64,000 nucleotides of DNA from Tepidiformaceae bacterium (GCA_045562595.1 JBJKVN010000004.1:41460-105459), one strand, 5' to 3'. Shown: positions 42,039 to 50,835, counted from the first letter of the stretch. Program-made: numbers and translations. The notes: generated by a model not told the origin, from the letters alone.

Positions 42039-42098
42039 ATATTAAGTTTACTAATATCGATGTATCTTGTATTTATCTCGTTTTAACCGGTGCCAAAA

Positions 42099-42905
42099 AT
42101 GAAATATCAACATATCAAATATGAAGTTACTGAAGGGGTTGCAATCATTACCCTTAATCGTCCTGAAAAGCTGAATGCGTTTGACAACACAATGTTGAAG
42201 GAATGGCATGATGCAATTAGTTCCGCAGACAAAGATGATGAAGTACGGGTTATCGTTCTTACGGGGGAGGGAAGAGGCTTTTGTGCAGGGATGGATGTTG
42301 GAGATGAAGCCGGTGGTGTTGGGGTATTGCGTTCTCAGGACACAGTGAGTAGCCGTAGAAAGTCATTACGTGATTCTGTTCATCATATTCCCCGAGCATT
42401 AATTCAACTTGAGAAGCCCTATATTGCTGCCGTGAATGGTGCAGCAGTGGGGGCTGGCATGGATATGGCTTCTATGGCAGATATTCGTTTTGCTAGCGAG
42501 AAGGCACGTTTTGGGATGGCCTATGTACGGATGGGGTTAGTCCCGGGAGATGGTGGTGCCTATACATTGCCAAGAATTGTTGGTGTAGCAAAGGCCTTGG
42601 AACTGATCTGGACGGGTAAACTATTTGATGCTCAAGAAGCCTTAGAAATTGGCTATGTTAGTGCTGTTTATGCATCTGATGAACTATTGGATCGAACAAA
42701 AGAATTTGCTTCTAAGCTGGCAAATGGTCCAGCCACAGCTATTCAACTTTCAAAGAAATTGGTATACCGATCACTGGAGATGCCTTTTGATGATCATCTT
42801 GATTTTGCGCAGATGGCCATGACTATTGCTCAGTCAACGGAAGATGCAAAAGAAGGGCCGTTGGCATTTTTAGAAAAACGAGAACCTAACTTCAAAGGCC
42901 ATTAA
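42099..42905 (+). CDS. Enoyl-CoA hydratase/isomerase (crotonase) family protein
   Basis: GVAIITLNRPEKLNAF, TGEGRGFCAGMD, AAVNGAAVGAGMDMA. The track start is GTG 42090. ATG 42099 gives the usual N-terminus. Confidence 0.88.
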   Translation: MKYQHIKYEVTEGVAIITLNRPEKLNAFDNTMLKEWHDAISSADKDDEVRVIVLTGEGRGFCAGMDVGDEAGGVGVLRSQDTVSSRRKSLRDSVHHIPRALIQLEKPYIAAVNGAAVGAGMDMASMADIRFASEKARFGMAYVRMGLVPGDGGAYTLPRIVGVAKALELIWTGKLFDAQEALEIGYVSAVYASDELLDRTKEFASKLANGPATAIQLSKKLVYRSLEMPFDDHLDFAQMAMTIAQSTEDAKEGPLAFLEKREPNFKGH

Positions 42906-42965
42906 GAATTGTTCTGTTTTTCAGTCGTGCTGTTAGACTGTTTAAAATACTTTAAGGAGATTGTC

Positions 42966-43427
42966 ATGAGTTTAAATGTTGGCGATGGTGCGCCTGATTT
43001 TCTTTTAAAAACTGGATTTACCGAAGAAGACGCTATAGTTCTTAACGATTACAAAGATAAAACTCTTGTCTTAGCATTTTTCCCACTTGCATTCACAGGG
43101 GGCTGAACAGCTGAGATGGCTGCTTTTACGAAATTGGAAGAAGATTTTGTAAAAGCTGATGCCCACGTGTTGGGTGTGAGTACCGATTCTTTTGCGGCAA
43201 ATGGTGTATTTGCTAAAGAGCTTGGTTGTAGTTTTCCAATTGCATCTGATGCGCCGAAATATCAAACCGGTCGAGATTATGCGGTATTAAATGAGGAGAT
43301 GGGATTTCATAATCGTGTCACATTCGTGATTGATGGTGAAGGTACTATTCGTGATATCAATACTGATGGCCGCGATTTTGAGGGGCATGCCCCACGAGCA
43401 TTAGAGGTAGTTCAGGGCTTGTCTTAA
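42966..43427 (+). CDS. BCP/PrxQ-type peroxiredoxin with in-frame TGA (43104..43106) at the peroxidatic Cys position: candidate selenocysteine protein
   Basis: Track ORFs 42909..43106 and 43116..43427 are in the same frame, separated only by TGA plus three sense codons. The joined product is 153 aa: MSLNVGDGAPDF...VLAFFPLAFTGG[TGA]TAEMAAF...VLGVSTDS...HNRVTFVIDGEG. AAGGAGA (42954..42960) lies 5 nt before ATG 42966. The TGA sits where Prx proteins have T-x-x-C. Confidence 0.75.
43122..43156 (+). promoter_or_regulatory. SECIS-like mRNA hairpin downstream of the peroxiredoxin UGA
   Basis: GCTTTTACGAAAT (43122..43134) pairs with ATTTTGTAAAAGC (43144..43156): 13 contiguous bp including one G-U. 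The 9-nt apical loop is TGGAAGAAG with G at loop position 2. The loop starts 28 nt after the UGA. Confidence 0.55.
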
Positions 43428-43442
43428 GTTACTGAGAAAAAT

Positions 43443-44609
43443 ATGCTATTTCGAGATTCTCCTGAGCAGGCTATCTTCCGGGCAGAGTTACGAGATTTTT
43501 TAGATCAAGAACTTCCTTCCAGTGAATGGAATATGCGAAACGATCGTGAGGAAATGAACGAAGATGAATCCATTTTCACACGACAATTTCGTAATAAGCT
43601 AGCCGAAAAGGGCTGGCTAACCTTGGGCTGGCCAACTGCGTTTGGTGGTGGTGGGGCAGATTTCGTTATGCAAACGATCTATATGGAAGAGATGTCTTCT
43701 CGCGGAGCACCAGGGGCATATGATCAGGGTATTTGGCTGGCAGGACCAGCACTAATGCAACAAGGCACGACTTTGCAGCAAGATCGTTGGTTGCCAGGCC
43801 TCCGAAGTGGGACATCCAACTGGTGTCAATTGTTTAGCGAACCCGGAGCAGGGTCCGATCTTGCTTCTCTGCAAACAAGTGCAGTGCGTGATGGTGATGA
43901 GTATATCTTGAATGGTCAGAAAATTTGGTCCTCAGGTGCGGCCCAAGCTGATTGGGGTATTTTGTTAGCTCGTACGGATACTGATGCCCCCAAGCACCGG
44001 GGGATATCGTATTTTATTTTAGATATGAATTTACCCGGAATTACTGTTCGGCCTCTAACAAATATGATGGAAACTGGTCATTTTTGTGAAGTTTTTTTCG
44101 ATGATGTTCGAATACCTAAAGATTGCCTCATAGGTGAGGAAAACCGCGGATGGTATACAGCAGCCGGAACACTTGATCAGGAAAGATCGTCCATAAACAG
44201 AGTCGTCATGTCACGTTCTACTTTGGAGGCATTGATCGAGGCTGTCCGTAAAAAAAGTTCTGCAACTATGGAGGTTCGCTACGAGATTGCTGATCGTTCA
44301 ATAGACTTTGAAATTGGTCGTTGGTTGTGTTATCGAGTGGCATATATGCAGAGCCAAGGATTAAGCCCAAATTATGAAGCCTCTATTAGTAAAGTCTTTG
44401 GAACAGAATTGCAGCGTCAGATTGGAATTAGCGGTATTCGCGTACTAGGTCTGTATGGTTTGCTTGAACCAAATAGTCCATATGCCCCTCTAAGGGGAAG
44501 GGTCGAACGTTGGGCATTGGCTGGTCCTTCCTACACGATTGCTGGTGGTACGAGTGAGGTAAACCGCAATGTGATCGCAACGCGAGGTTTAGGCCTGCCA
44601 CGTGCTTGA
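43443..44609 (+). CDS. Acyl-CoA dehydrogenase family protein
   Basis: 388 aa with N, middle and C ACAD domains (SEPGAGSDLASL, GQKIWSSGA, IAGGTSEVNRNVIA). Confidence 0.88.
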   Translation: MLFRDSPEQAIFRAELRDFLDQELPSSEWNMRNDREEMNEDESIFTRQFRNKLAEKGWLTLGWPTAFGGGGADFVMQTIYMEEMSSRGAPGAYDQGIWLAGPALMQQGTTLQQDRWLPGLRSGTSNWCQLFSEPGAGSDLASLQTSAVRDGDEYILNGQKIWSSGAAQADWGILLARTDTDAPKHRGISYFILDMNLPGITVRPLTNMMETGHFCEVFFDDVRIPKDCLIGEENRGWYTAAGTLDQERSSINRVVMSRSTLEALIEAVRKKSSATMEVRYEIADRSIDFEIGRWLCYRVAYMQSQGLSPNYEASISKVFGTELQRQIGISGIRVLGLYGLLEPNSPYAPLRGRVERWALAGPSYTIAGGTSEVNRNVIATRGLGLPRA

Positions 44610-44646
44610 TTTTGCATAGAGTCTAAAAAGTGAGAATCACGTAACC

Positions 44647-45354
44647 TTGTTGCTTTTACCTAATGGCCATCAATCAAAATTGTTAATCCCTATAGCAGCT
44701 ATCTTTACTGGCATTCTTATTGTTTCAAATATTGTTGCAATCAAGATGGTTAATTTTGATGGCCTTAACCCTTTTGGTGCAGTTTATTTTCCTGGTGCCG
44801 TTATCATTTTCCCAATCTCATATATTTTTGGGGATATTCTTGCTGAAGTATATGGGTTTCGTGTTGCTAGGATTACTATCTGGTCTGCATTTTTGGCGAA
44901 TATTGTTGTTGTGTTTTCTATCTTACTTGTTATGGAGATGCCTTCAGCACCATTTTGGCATGATCAAGATGCCTATGAAGCTATCTTAGGACCTGTTTGG
45001 AGGATAGTACTAGGTTCCTTTCTTGCTTTTATTGTCGGAGAGTTTGCAAACACATATGTTTTGGTTCGCATGAAAAAAATTACTGGTGGTCGTTTTTTAT
45101 GGACACGTACCATTGCTTCTACCATTGTCGGCCAAGGAATCGACACAGCGATTTTTGCTAGTGTGGCTTTTGGGGGTACTGTAGCTTTTCAGGGTGGTAC
45201 TTTGATTTGGCAGGAGTGGATGGCTAAAGTGATTTATGAAGCAATTGGTACTCCTTTAACCTATATTGTGGTTAATTTCTTAAAAAAACATGAAGGTATT
45301 GATACCTTTGATTCAGATGATGTTTCTTACAACCCATTTAAAATTTGGGCATGA
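44647..45354 (+). CDS. yhhQ: Queuosine-precursor transporter (YhhQ / VUT / DUF165 family)
   Basis: 235 aa, multi-TM. FPISYIFGDILAEVYG and IASTIVGQGIDTAIF are DUF165 signature blocks. TTG start. Confidence 0.75.
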   Translation: MLLLPNGHQSKLLIPIAAIFTGILIVSNIVAIKMVNFDGLNPFGAVYFPGAVIIFPISYIFGDILAEVYGFRVARITIWSAFLANIVVVFSILLVMEMPSAPFWHDQDAYEAILGPVWRIVLGSFLAFIVGEFANTYVLVRMKKITGGRFLWTRTIASTIVGQGIDTAIFASVAFGGTVAFQGGTLIWQEWMAKVIYEAIGTPLTYIVVNFLKKHEGIDTFDSDDVSYNPFKIWA

Positions 45355-45385
45355 GTATTGGTCTGGTCTAACTACGGAATGGATT

Positions 45386-45955
45386 TTAAAATCTATGACT
45401 ATCCCACAGTATGTCTTGGTGTCCGTTTAGCTGGTTTTCAGTACGTGCAAGAACAAAAAGCAAGTCACTCAGGCGATTTAAATAAGGTATTACTTGTTCA
45501 CCAACAGATTCTTCTCGTGCTAAGGCTACTAGCAACCTTTCAGCTCTTCTACAGATAGTGCGAGACAAGTGAAGTAAGCCAGCTGCTGAAGTACCACCAG
45601 GTAGGACAAAGCTTGTTAAAGGCTCAAGCTTTTCATTCCAAAGATCAATCCAAACTTCTAATTGCTGGACATGTTTTTCGTTAATGACTGGGCCGCCGAT
45701 CTGGTCCTCATCTTCAGTGGGTGGAGTTGCTAATTCAGCCCCTAAGTTAAATAGGATCTGTTGGATTACTAGTAATGGCTCGTGCAGTTCTTTGTTCAGG
45801 TTGGAGGCTATTGCAGCACCAATTGCGCTATTTAATTCGTCCACTGTGCCGTACGTTTCGATCCGGAGGCTATCTTTTGGTACTCGAACACCACCAACGA
45901 GAGATGTACTTCCTCCATCTCCCGATCGTGTGTATACGCGATTAATTTTTACCAT
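45386..45955 (-). CDS. ATP:cob(I)alamin adenosyltransferase, PduO type
   Basis: 189 aa. VYTRSGDGGSTSL N-terminus, FVLPGG and ICRRAER blocks typical of PduO/MMAB-type adenosyltransferases. Confidence 0.88.
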   Translation of the reverse strand: MVKINRVYTRSGDGGSTSLVGGVRVPKDSLRIETYGTVDELNSAIGAAIASNLNKELHEPLLVIQQILFNLGAELATPPTEDEDQIGGPVINEKHVQQLEVWIDLWNEKLEPLTSFVLPGGTSAAGLLHLSRTICRRAERLLVALAREESVGEQVIPYLNRLSDLLFVLARTENQLNGHQDILWDSHRF

Positions 45956-46028
45956 TTGCTTAAGAATGACCTATTACGGCAGATAAGGCTACTTGTTCAA
46001 TACAAAAAAAGAACGTTACCATTGAAAT

Positions 46029-46334
46029 ATGGCGTTATATGAATATTTTTGTAAAGAGTGTGAAGTTTCTTTTGAAGTTCGCATGCCCATGGCTGAAGTA
46101 ACTCAATTTTCCGTATGCCCTACTTGTGATGGACGTGCTAGTAAAGTACTTGGTAATTTTTCATTAGTAGGTAGAGCAGAGGAAAATCTTAGTGATGGAC
46201 CTGCACCGTGGGAAAGTGGATCAGACGAGGGTACAGGAGATGGAGAAGCTTCTGGTATTCCAGATTTAAGTGCCCCCCATTCTCATGGTCATTCTCATGG
46301 TCATTCCCATGGTCCTGGTGGTCACGCTCACTGA
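46029..46334 (+). CDS. FmdB-family zinc-ribbon protein with His-rich C-terminal tail
   Basis: MALYEYFCKECEVSFEV...CPTCDG is the FmdB/CxxC_CxxC_SSSS zinc ribbon. The C-terminus is an acidic linker followed by HSHGHSHGHSHGPGGHAH. Confidence 0.85.
   Translation: MALYEYFCKECEVSFEVRMPMAEVTQFSVCPTCDGRASKVLGNFSLVGRAEENLSDGPAPWESGSDEGTGDGEASGIPDLSAPHSHGHSHGHSHGPGGHAH
46278..46313 (+). repeat. Three tandem 12-nt units (CATTCTCATGGT) encoding (HSHG)x3 inside the FmdB-like gene
   Basis: Read directly: cattctcatggt cattctcatggt cattcccatggt. One T>C difference in unit 3. Confidence 0.9.
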
Positions 46335-46354
46335 TCGTTTTGTTTTAAAAAAGT

Positions 46355-47464
46355 TTATATTTCCAGCATTTGAGCTACACGCTCTCTATGGAAGTCAGCA
46401 TCACCCCAGAAGAGTTCTGCCCGTTTTTGTCTTCGAAAATATAACTGGATAATGTAGTCTTTTGTAAAGCCTATTCCACCATGAATTTGTTGACCATGTG
46501 CGACAACCCGACGGCTTGCATCGCTACACCAAGCCTTAGCCATAGCGACATCCATGTCCTGTGATTCTGCATCTTCACTTGTAGCCCAGGCAGCTTTATA
46601 TGTGATAAAGCGCATGCCATCAACATCAGTCACCATGTCAGCAGCTTTATGTTGAATGGCTTGGAATGAGCCAATTGGCCTACCAAATTGGACACGTTCT
46701 TTTGCATAGTCTATTGCAATCTCAAAATCTTTTTGGGCAAGCCCCACAAGATAAGAGCACTCTAGGGAAGTTCCTACATTCCGTACACGTCCCATTTTGG
46801 ACATATCAACAGCTACTGCTTCATCGGCGCTAACTTTTACATTCTTCAGAACAACTTCTGCTTGTTTGTCGCTTCCGATCGTCTTAAGCATCGAAATTTC
46901 AACGCCATCTTGTTCTCTTGCAACGATGAAAATACCGAATCCCCCACCTGGCTTTAGAGCTGCGACATGCAAATAATCTGCGACATTTGCATCAGGTACA
47001 AATAATTTTGTTCCATTTAGAACCCAATTCCCACCATCCTCTTGGGCTTCAAGCTGGATGCCTTCTGGATCCCAACGACCTGATTCTTCGGTTAGTGCGT
47101 ACGTATGTATTACAGAACCATCCGCGAGTCCTGGAAGATATTTACTTTTTTGATCATCAGAAGCATGAGTCATCAGGATGCTGGCACATACTTGATTCGG
47201 GATGAATGGACCCGGTACTAAGGAGCGACCAAATTCTTCTACTAGGACACATAAATCCAAAAATGAGAAACCTACGCCACCATACTCCTCCGGAATCATC
47301 AGTCCTTGCCATCCCAGATCAGCCATTTTTTTCCAGAGTTCTGGACTATAGCCACGTTCATCTTCTTCCATTGCCCGAACATGTTCTTCTGGGCATTCGC
47401 TTGATAGAAAGTCTCTTGCTGAATTTCTTAAGAGCTCTTGTTCTTCACTAAGACTTAGGTCCAT
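46355..47464 (-). CDS. Acyl-CoA dehydrogenase family protein
   Basis: 369 aa. The ACAD domain order is conserved, but the catalytic-base region is divergent (FGRPIGSFQAIQHKAADM). Confidence 0.85.
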   Translation of the reverse strand: MDLSLSEEQELLRNSARDFLSSECPEEHVRAMEEDERGYSPELWKKMADLGWQGLMIPEEYGGVGFSFLDLCVLVEEFGRSLVPGPFIPNQVCASILMTHASDDQKSKYLPGLADGSVIHTYALTEESGRWDPEGIQLEAQEDGGNWVLNGTKLFVPDANVADYLHVAALKPGGGFGIFIVAREQDGVEISMLKTIGSDKQAEVVLKNVKVSADEAVAVDMSKMGRVRNVGTSLECSYLVGLAQKDFEIAIDYAKERVQFGRPIGSFQAIQHKAADMVTDVDGMRFITYKAAWATSEDAESQDMDVAMAKAWCSDASRRVVAHGQQIHGGIGFTKDYIIQLYFRRQKRAELFWGDADFHRERVAQMLEI

Positions 47465-47518
47465 AACTCTTTTTCCTCACGTAATGGGTAAATAGTATCG
47501 GTAAAATTAATATACCGT

Positions 47519-47548
47519 AGCTGCCAGAGCATAGCATGCTTGGCAGCT
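47519..47548 (-). terminator. Strong hairpin 26 nt downstream of the aminotransferase stop
   Basis: AGCTGCCA-G-AGCAT-AGC-ATGCT-TGGCAGCT is 13 bp with one bulged G and a 3-nt loop. The U-tract on the minus strand is poor (ACGGTATATTAATTTT), so rho-independent function is uncertain. Confidence 0.45.
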
Positions 47549-47573
47549 TTCTGCGAAGTTCTAGGCAATAAAC

Positions 47574-48752
47574 TTAACGGTTTCGCTGTACAAATCTGCC
47601 GATACGCTCAAGTGCATGTTCAATTTCTTCATAACCTCCTGCATAACAAGCACGAACATGTCCTTCCCCCGCCTCCCCAAACACGTTTCCTGGTACAACT
47701 GCAACACGTTCTTCCTCTAAAAGTCGGTTGCTGAATTCTTCACTGCTCATTCCGGTTAGAGAGATTTTAGGGAAAACATAAAACGATCCTTTTGACTCAA
47801 AGGTTTCAAGTCCTATTGCCCGAAAGCCATCTATTATTAATCGTCTTCGCTTGTCATATTCAGCTACCATTTCGCTGACAAATGATTCACCTTCTTTAAA
47901 GGCTGCTATGCCTGCATATTGGGCTACGGTTGGTGCAGATAGCATGACATATTGGTGTATTTTCATTACTGCTTCGATTAGGTTTCCCGGTGCAGCTACC
48001 CAGCCAATTCTCCAGCCGGTCATTGCATATGCCTTGCTAAATCCTCCAATCAAGATAGTTCGATTACGCATACCTGGTAATGATGCGAAGCACGTGTGTG
48101 GTTCTTCATATGTTAGTCGGTCGTATAGTTCATCACTTATTACCGCTAGGTCGTGTTCATTTGCTAATTGTGCAAGTTTTGACAACCCCTTCTTATCCAT
48201 TGTTGCACCAGTGGGATTTGATGGATATCCAAAAAGTAGAGCTTTGGTCCTCGCGGTCAATTTAGGTAGCACATCTTCAGCAAGTAATTGAAAATTATCT
48301 TGAGCAGTGGTTCTAATTGGGACAAATTTGCCCCCAGCTAAGGCGACTGCAGGAGGGTAAGCCACGTAGTAAGGGTCCGGGCATATTACTTCATCTCCCT
48401 GATCTAGGATTGCCCGAAGTGCTAAATCAAATGCTTCACTAGATCCCGCGGTAATCATCAGTTCGGTTTCCGGATCGTAGCTCACGTCATAGAGTCGCTT
48501 TAAGTGCTCACTGAGTTGTTCTCTTAGTTCAAGTAGTCCGTAGTTTGAAGTGTAGTGCGTTTTTCCCTGGGCAATACTTTTTATAGCAGCATCCCTTATA
48601 GGTGTTGGAGTTACATAATCTGGTTCTCCGACTCCTAGAGAAATGACATCATCAATTGACATTAAAATGTCAAAGTACTTTCGGATACCACTTGCTGGGA
48701 CAGCGTTCAGGTTTTTTGAAATGAAGCGGTCGCTTGAATCTTTTTCTTTCAT
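47574..48752 (-). CDS. Class I/II pyridoxal-phosphate-dependent aminotransferase (aspartate/aromatic aminotransferase-like)
   Basis: 392 aa. The GFSKAYAMTGWRIG PLP-lysine motif, GEPD and YPSNPTG blocks. AGGTAGGG SD. Confidence 0.88.
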   Translation of the reverse strand: MKEKDSSDRFISKNLNAVPASGIRKYFDILMSIDDVISLGVGEPDYVTPTPIRDAAIKSIAQGKTHYTSNYGLLELREQLSEHLKRLYDVSYDPETELMITAGSSEAFDLALRAILDQGDEVICPDPYYVAYPPAVALAGGKFVPIRTTAQDNFQLLAEDVLPKLTARTKALLFGYPSNPTGATMDKKGLSKLAQLANEHDLAVISDELYDRLTYEEPHTCFASLPGMRNRTILIGGFSKAYAMTGWRIGWVAAPGNLIEAVMKIHQYVMLSAPTVAQYAGIAAFKEGESFVSEMVAEYDKRRRLIIDGFRAIGLETFESKGSFYVFPKISLTGMSSEEFSNRLLEEERVAVVPGNVFGEAGEGHVRACYAGGYEEIEHALERIGRFVQRNR

Positions 48753-48936
48753 CGCCCTACCTATTACGTGTGATAGAAAAAAACCGCCGAAGGCGACCTT
48801 GTTGTCTATATCACTTATTTCCTAAATTCCATGTATCGCATAAGACTCAAAGTTGTTGATGTCTTTATGACTCTCCCGCTAGCTGGGCTATCCGTCAAGT
48901 TGAGATACATTTGTCGGCTGGAGATAGTTATGGCTT

Positions 48937-50397
48937 CTAAAGAGAAGCGAGTAGATTTCCACCCTCGGTTGCTTGTTCATAGGCATGTGCGGCTTGAAGT
49001 ATTTTCCCTTCTTCTCCGAAATTGCCAATAATTTGTAATCCAACAGGTAAGCCATTAGCAATTCCGCAGGGCATGCTAAGGGCTGGAAGGCCTGCGACTG
49101 CGCTAGGCAATGTGTAGATATCATTTAAGTACATCGCGTAAGGATCGTTTATTTTTTGTTTTTTCGGAAAAGCTACACTTGGTGTTGTTGGTGTGACGAG
49201 CAAATCATATTGTTCAAATGCTTCGTTAAATTCTTGGATTATTAGAGTCCGGACCTGTTGTGCTTTAAGGTAGTATTTATCGTAATATCCTGCACTAAGT
49301 GCATAGGTTCCCAGCATTATTCTTCGTTTGACCTCTTCCCCAAATCCTTTTGCTCGAGTTCGTTCAACGGTTTTCCAGATTTCATTACTAGTCTCGTCTC
49401 GAAGTCCATATTTAATCCCGTCATAACGGGCTAAGTTAGAACTAGCTTCACTGGGTGCAATCAAGTAATAAACCGCTAATGCATGTTTTGTCATTGGGAG
49501 AGAGAGCGTACGGTCTATTTCACAACCTAATCGCTCAAATTCCAGTAATGCTTCTTCTACTCGTTCTTTTACATCTGGCTCTATCCCTTCAACGAAATAT
49601 TCAGTTGGGACTCCAATACGTAGCCCTTTAATTTCACGACCTAAATAATGGCGAAGGTCAGGCATAGGTTCTGGATTACTGGTTGAGTCACGCGGGTCAT
49701 GTCCTCCAATGCAATCCAATATCGTTGCGACGTCTTCGACATCTCTACCTATAGGACCAACTTGGTCAAGGGAACTTCCAAATGCAATTACCCCAAATCG
49801 ACTAACCCGACCGTAGGTTGGATCTAATCCGACAACGCCACACAGTGCTGCAGGCTGTCTAATGCTGCCCCCTGTGTCACTTCCTAAAGCACCCAAACAT
49901 GCACCTGCACTTACGGCAGCAGCAGATCCCCCGGAACTTCCCCCAGGGATCCTTTCTGTGTCCCATGGATTTGAAGTAGACCCGAATGCTGAATGTTCGG
50001 TACTAGAACCCATTGCGAATTCATCGAGGTTGGTTTTTCCAACCATTACTGTTCCTGCTTGTTCTAATTTTTCGTTTACATGACTGTTATATGGAGGCAC
50101 AAATTCGCTTAGTATTTGCGAACCAGCGGTTGTACGTGTTCCTTTAGTAATAATCAGATCTTTTATCCCCATCGGTATGCCGGTTAGAGCTGTTGCTGTT
50201 CCTGCTGCGAATCTTTTGTCGGCTTCTTTAGCTTGTACTAACGCTGTTTCCTCGGTAATCGTTATGAATGCATTCATTTCAGGTTCAACGGAATTCAGTC
50301 GTTCGAGGACTGATTTAGTTAGATCGACACTGCTAAAATCACGAGATCTGAGACCTGTATTTGCCTCGTGTGCTGTTAATTGCCAAAGTTCCTTCAT
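48937..50397 (-). CDS. gatA: Glutamyl-tRNA(Gln) amidotransferase subunit A
   Basis: 486 aa with the amidase signature GGSSGGSAAAVSAG. ATGA-type overlap with gatC. Confidence 0.95.
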   Translation of the reverse strand: MKELWQLTAHEANTGLRSRDFSSVDLTKSVLERLNSVEPEMNAFITITEETALVQAKEADKRFAAGTATALTGIPMGIKDLIITKGTRTTAGSQILSEFVPPYNSHVNEKLEQAGTVMVGKTNLDEFAMGSSTEHSAFGSTSNPWDTERIPGGSSGGSAAAVSAGACLGALGSDTGGSIRQPAALCGVVGLDPTYGRVSRFGVIAFGSSLDQVGPIGRDVEDVATILDCIGGHDPRDSTSNPEPMPDLRHYLGREIKGLRIGVPTEYFVEGIEPDVKERVEEALLEFERLGCEIDRTLSLPMTKHALAVYYLIAPSEASSNLARYDGIKYGLRDETSNEIWKTVERTRAKGFGEEVKRRIMLGTYALSAGYYDKYYLKAQQVRTLIIQEFNEAFEQYDLLVTPTTPSVAFPKKQKINDPYAMYLNDIYTLPSAVAGLPALSMPCGIANGLPVGLQIIGNFGEEGKILQAAHAYEQATEGGNLLASL

Positions 50398-50681
50398 TCT
50401 AAGACTGCTCTTACACGGACTAAACCATCTTCGGTTTCAGGAGCTAGTTGCAGTACATCTTCTTTTGACAAAGAGTCTCTTACCTCATCAGTACGCATAA
50501 TATTTCTTAAAGGTGCAGGATGTGCAGTTGGAGCAATGCCTTTTGTATCAACATCTTCTAGCGCTTCAAAATGTTCCAAAATATCGCTCAGCTGGGATGC
50601 CAAAATCTTGACTTCAGAATCGGTGATTTCAATACGTGCAAGCTTTGCCAAGTGTTGTACTTGCTCTTTAGATATTGTCAT
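50394..50681 (-). CDS. gatC: Glutamyl-tRNA(Gln) amidotransferase subunit C
   Basis: MTISKEQVQHLAKLARIEITDSE is the canonical GatC N-terminus. The track ORF extends 5 codons further, to GTG 50696. Confidence 0.9.
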   Translation of the reverse strand: MTISKEQVQHLAKLARIEITDSEVKILASQLSDILEHFEALEDVDTKGIAPTAHPAPLRNIMRTDEVRDSLSKEDVLQLAPETEDGLVRVRAVLE

Positions 50682-50738
50682 TCCCTGATCGTACACCTTA
50701 AGTTCGTGCGTGCACGTTAGTGATTCAACTCACCTTTT

Positions 50739-50767
50739 TTGTATGGTCGCAATCTTTTCGAGATAAT
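50739..50767 (+). promoter_or_regulatory. Candidate sigma-70-like promoter upstream of the PBP gene
   Basis: TTGTAT (50739..50744), a 17-nt spacer, then GATAAT (50762..50767), about 70 nt before GTG 50836. Pattern match only in an AT-rich spacer. Confidence 0.25.
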
Positions 50768-50835
50768 ATGAGACAAGTTAGGATGATTTTGTGATTTCTG
50801 CTATGCGTTTTTAGAAGTAGGTCAGGTGGGTATTA

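Noticed and set aside
48831-49124. ORFs 48831..49031 (+) and 48888..49124 (-) in and around the gatA-aminotransferase spacer.
   Set aside because: They overlap the gatA 3' end out of frame, and they have no SD and no recognisable motifs. The spacer is better treated as non-coding (see the finding).
50712-50719. 8-bp palindrome CGTGCACG in the gatC/PBP spacer.
   Set aside because: It is too short to distinguish from chance, and I could attach no supporting context.
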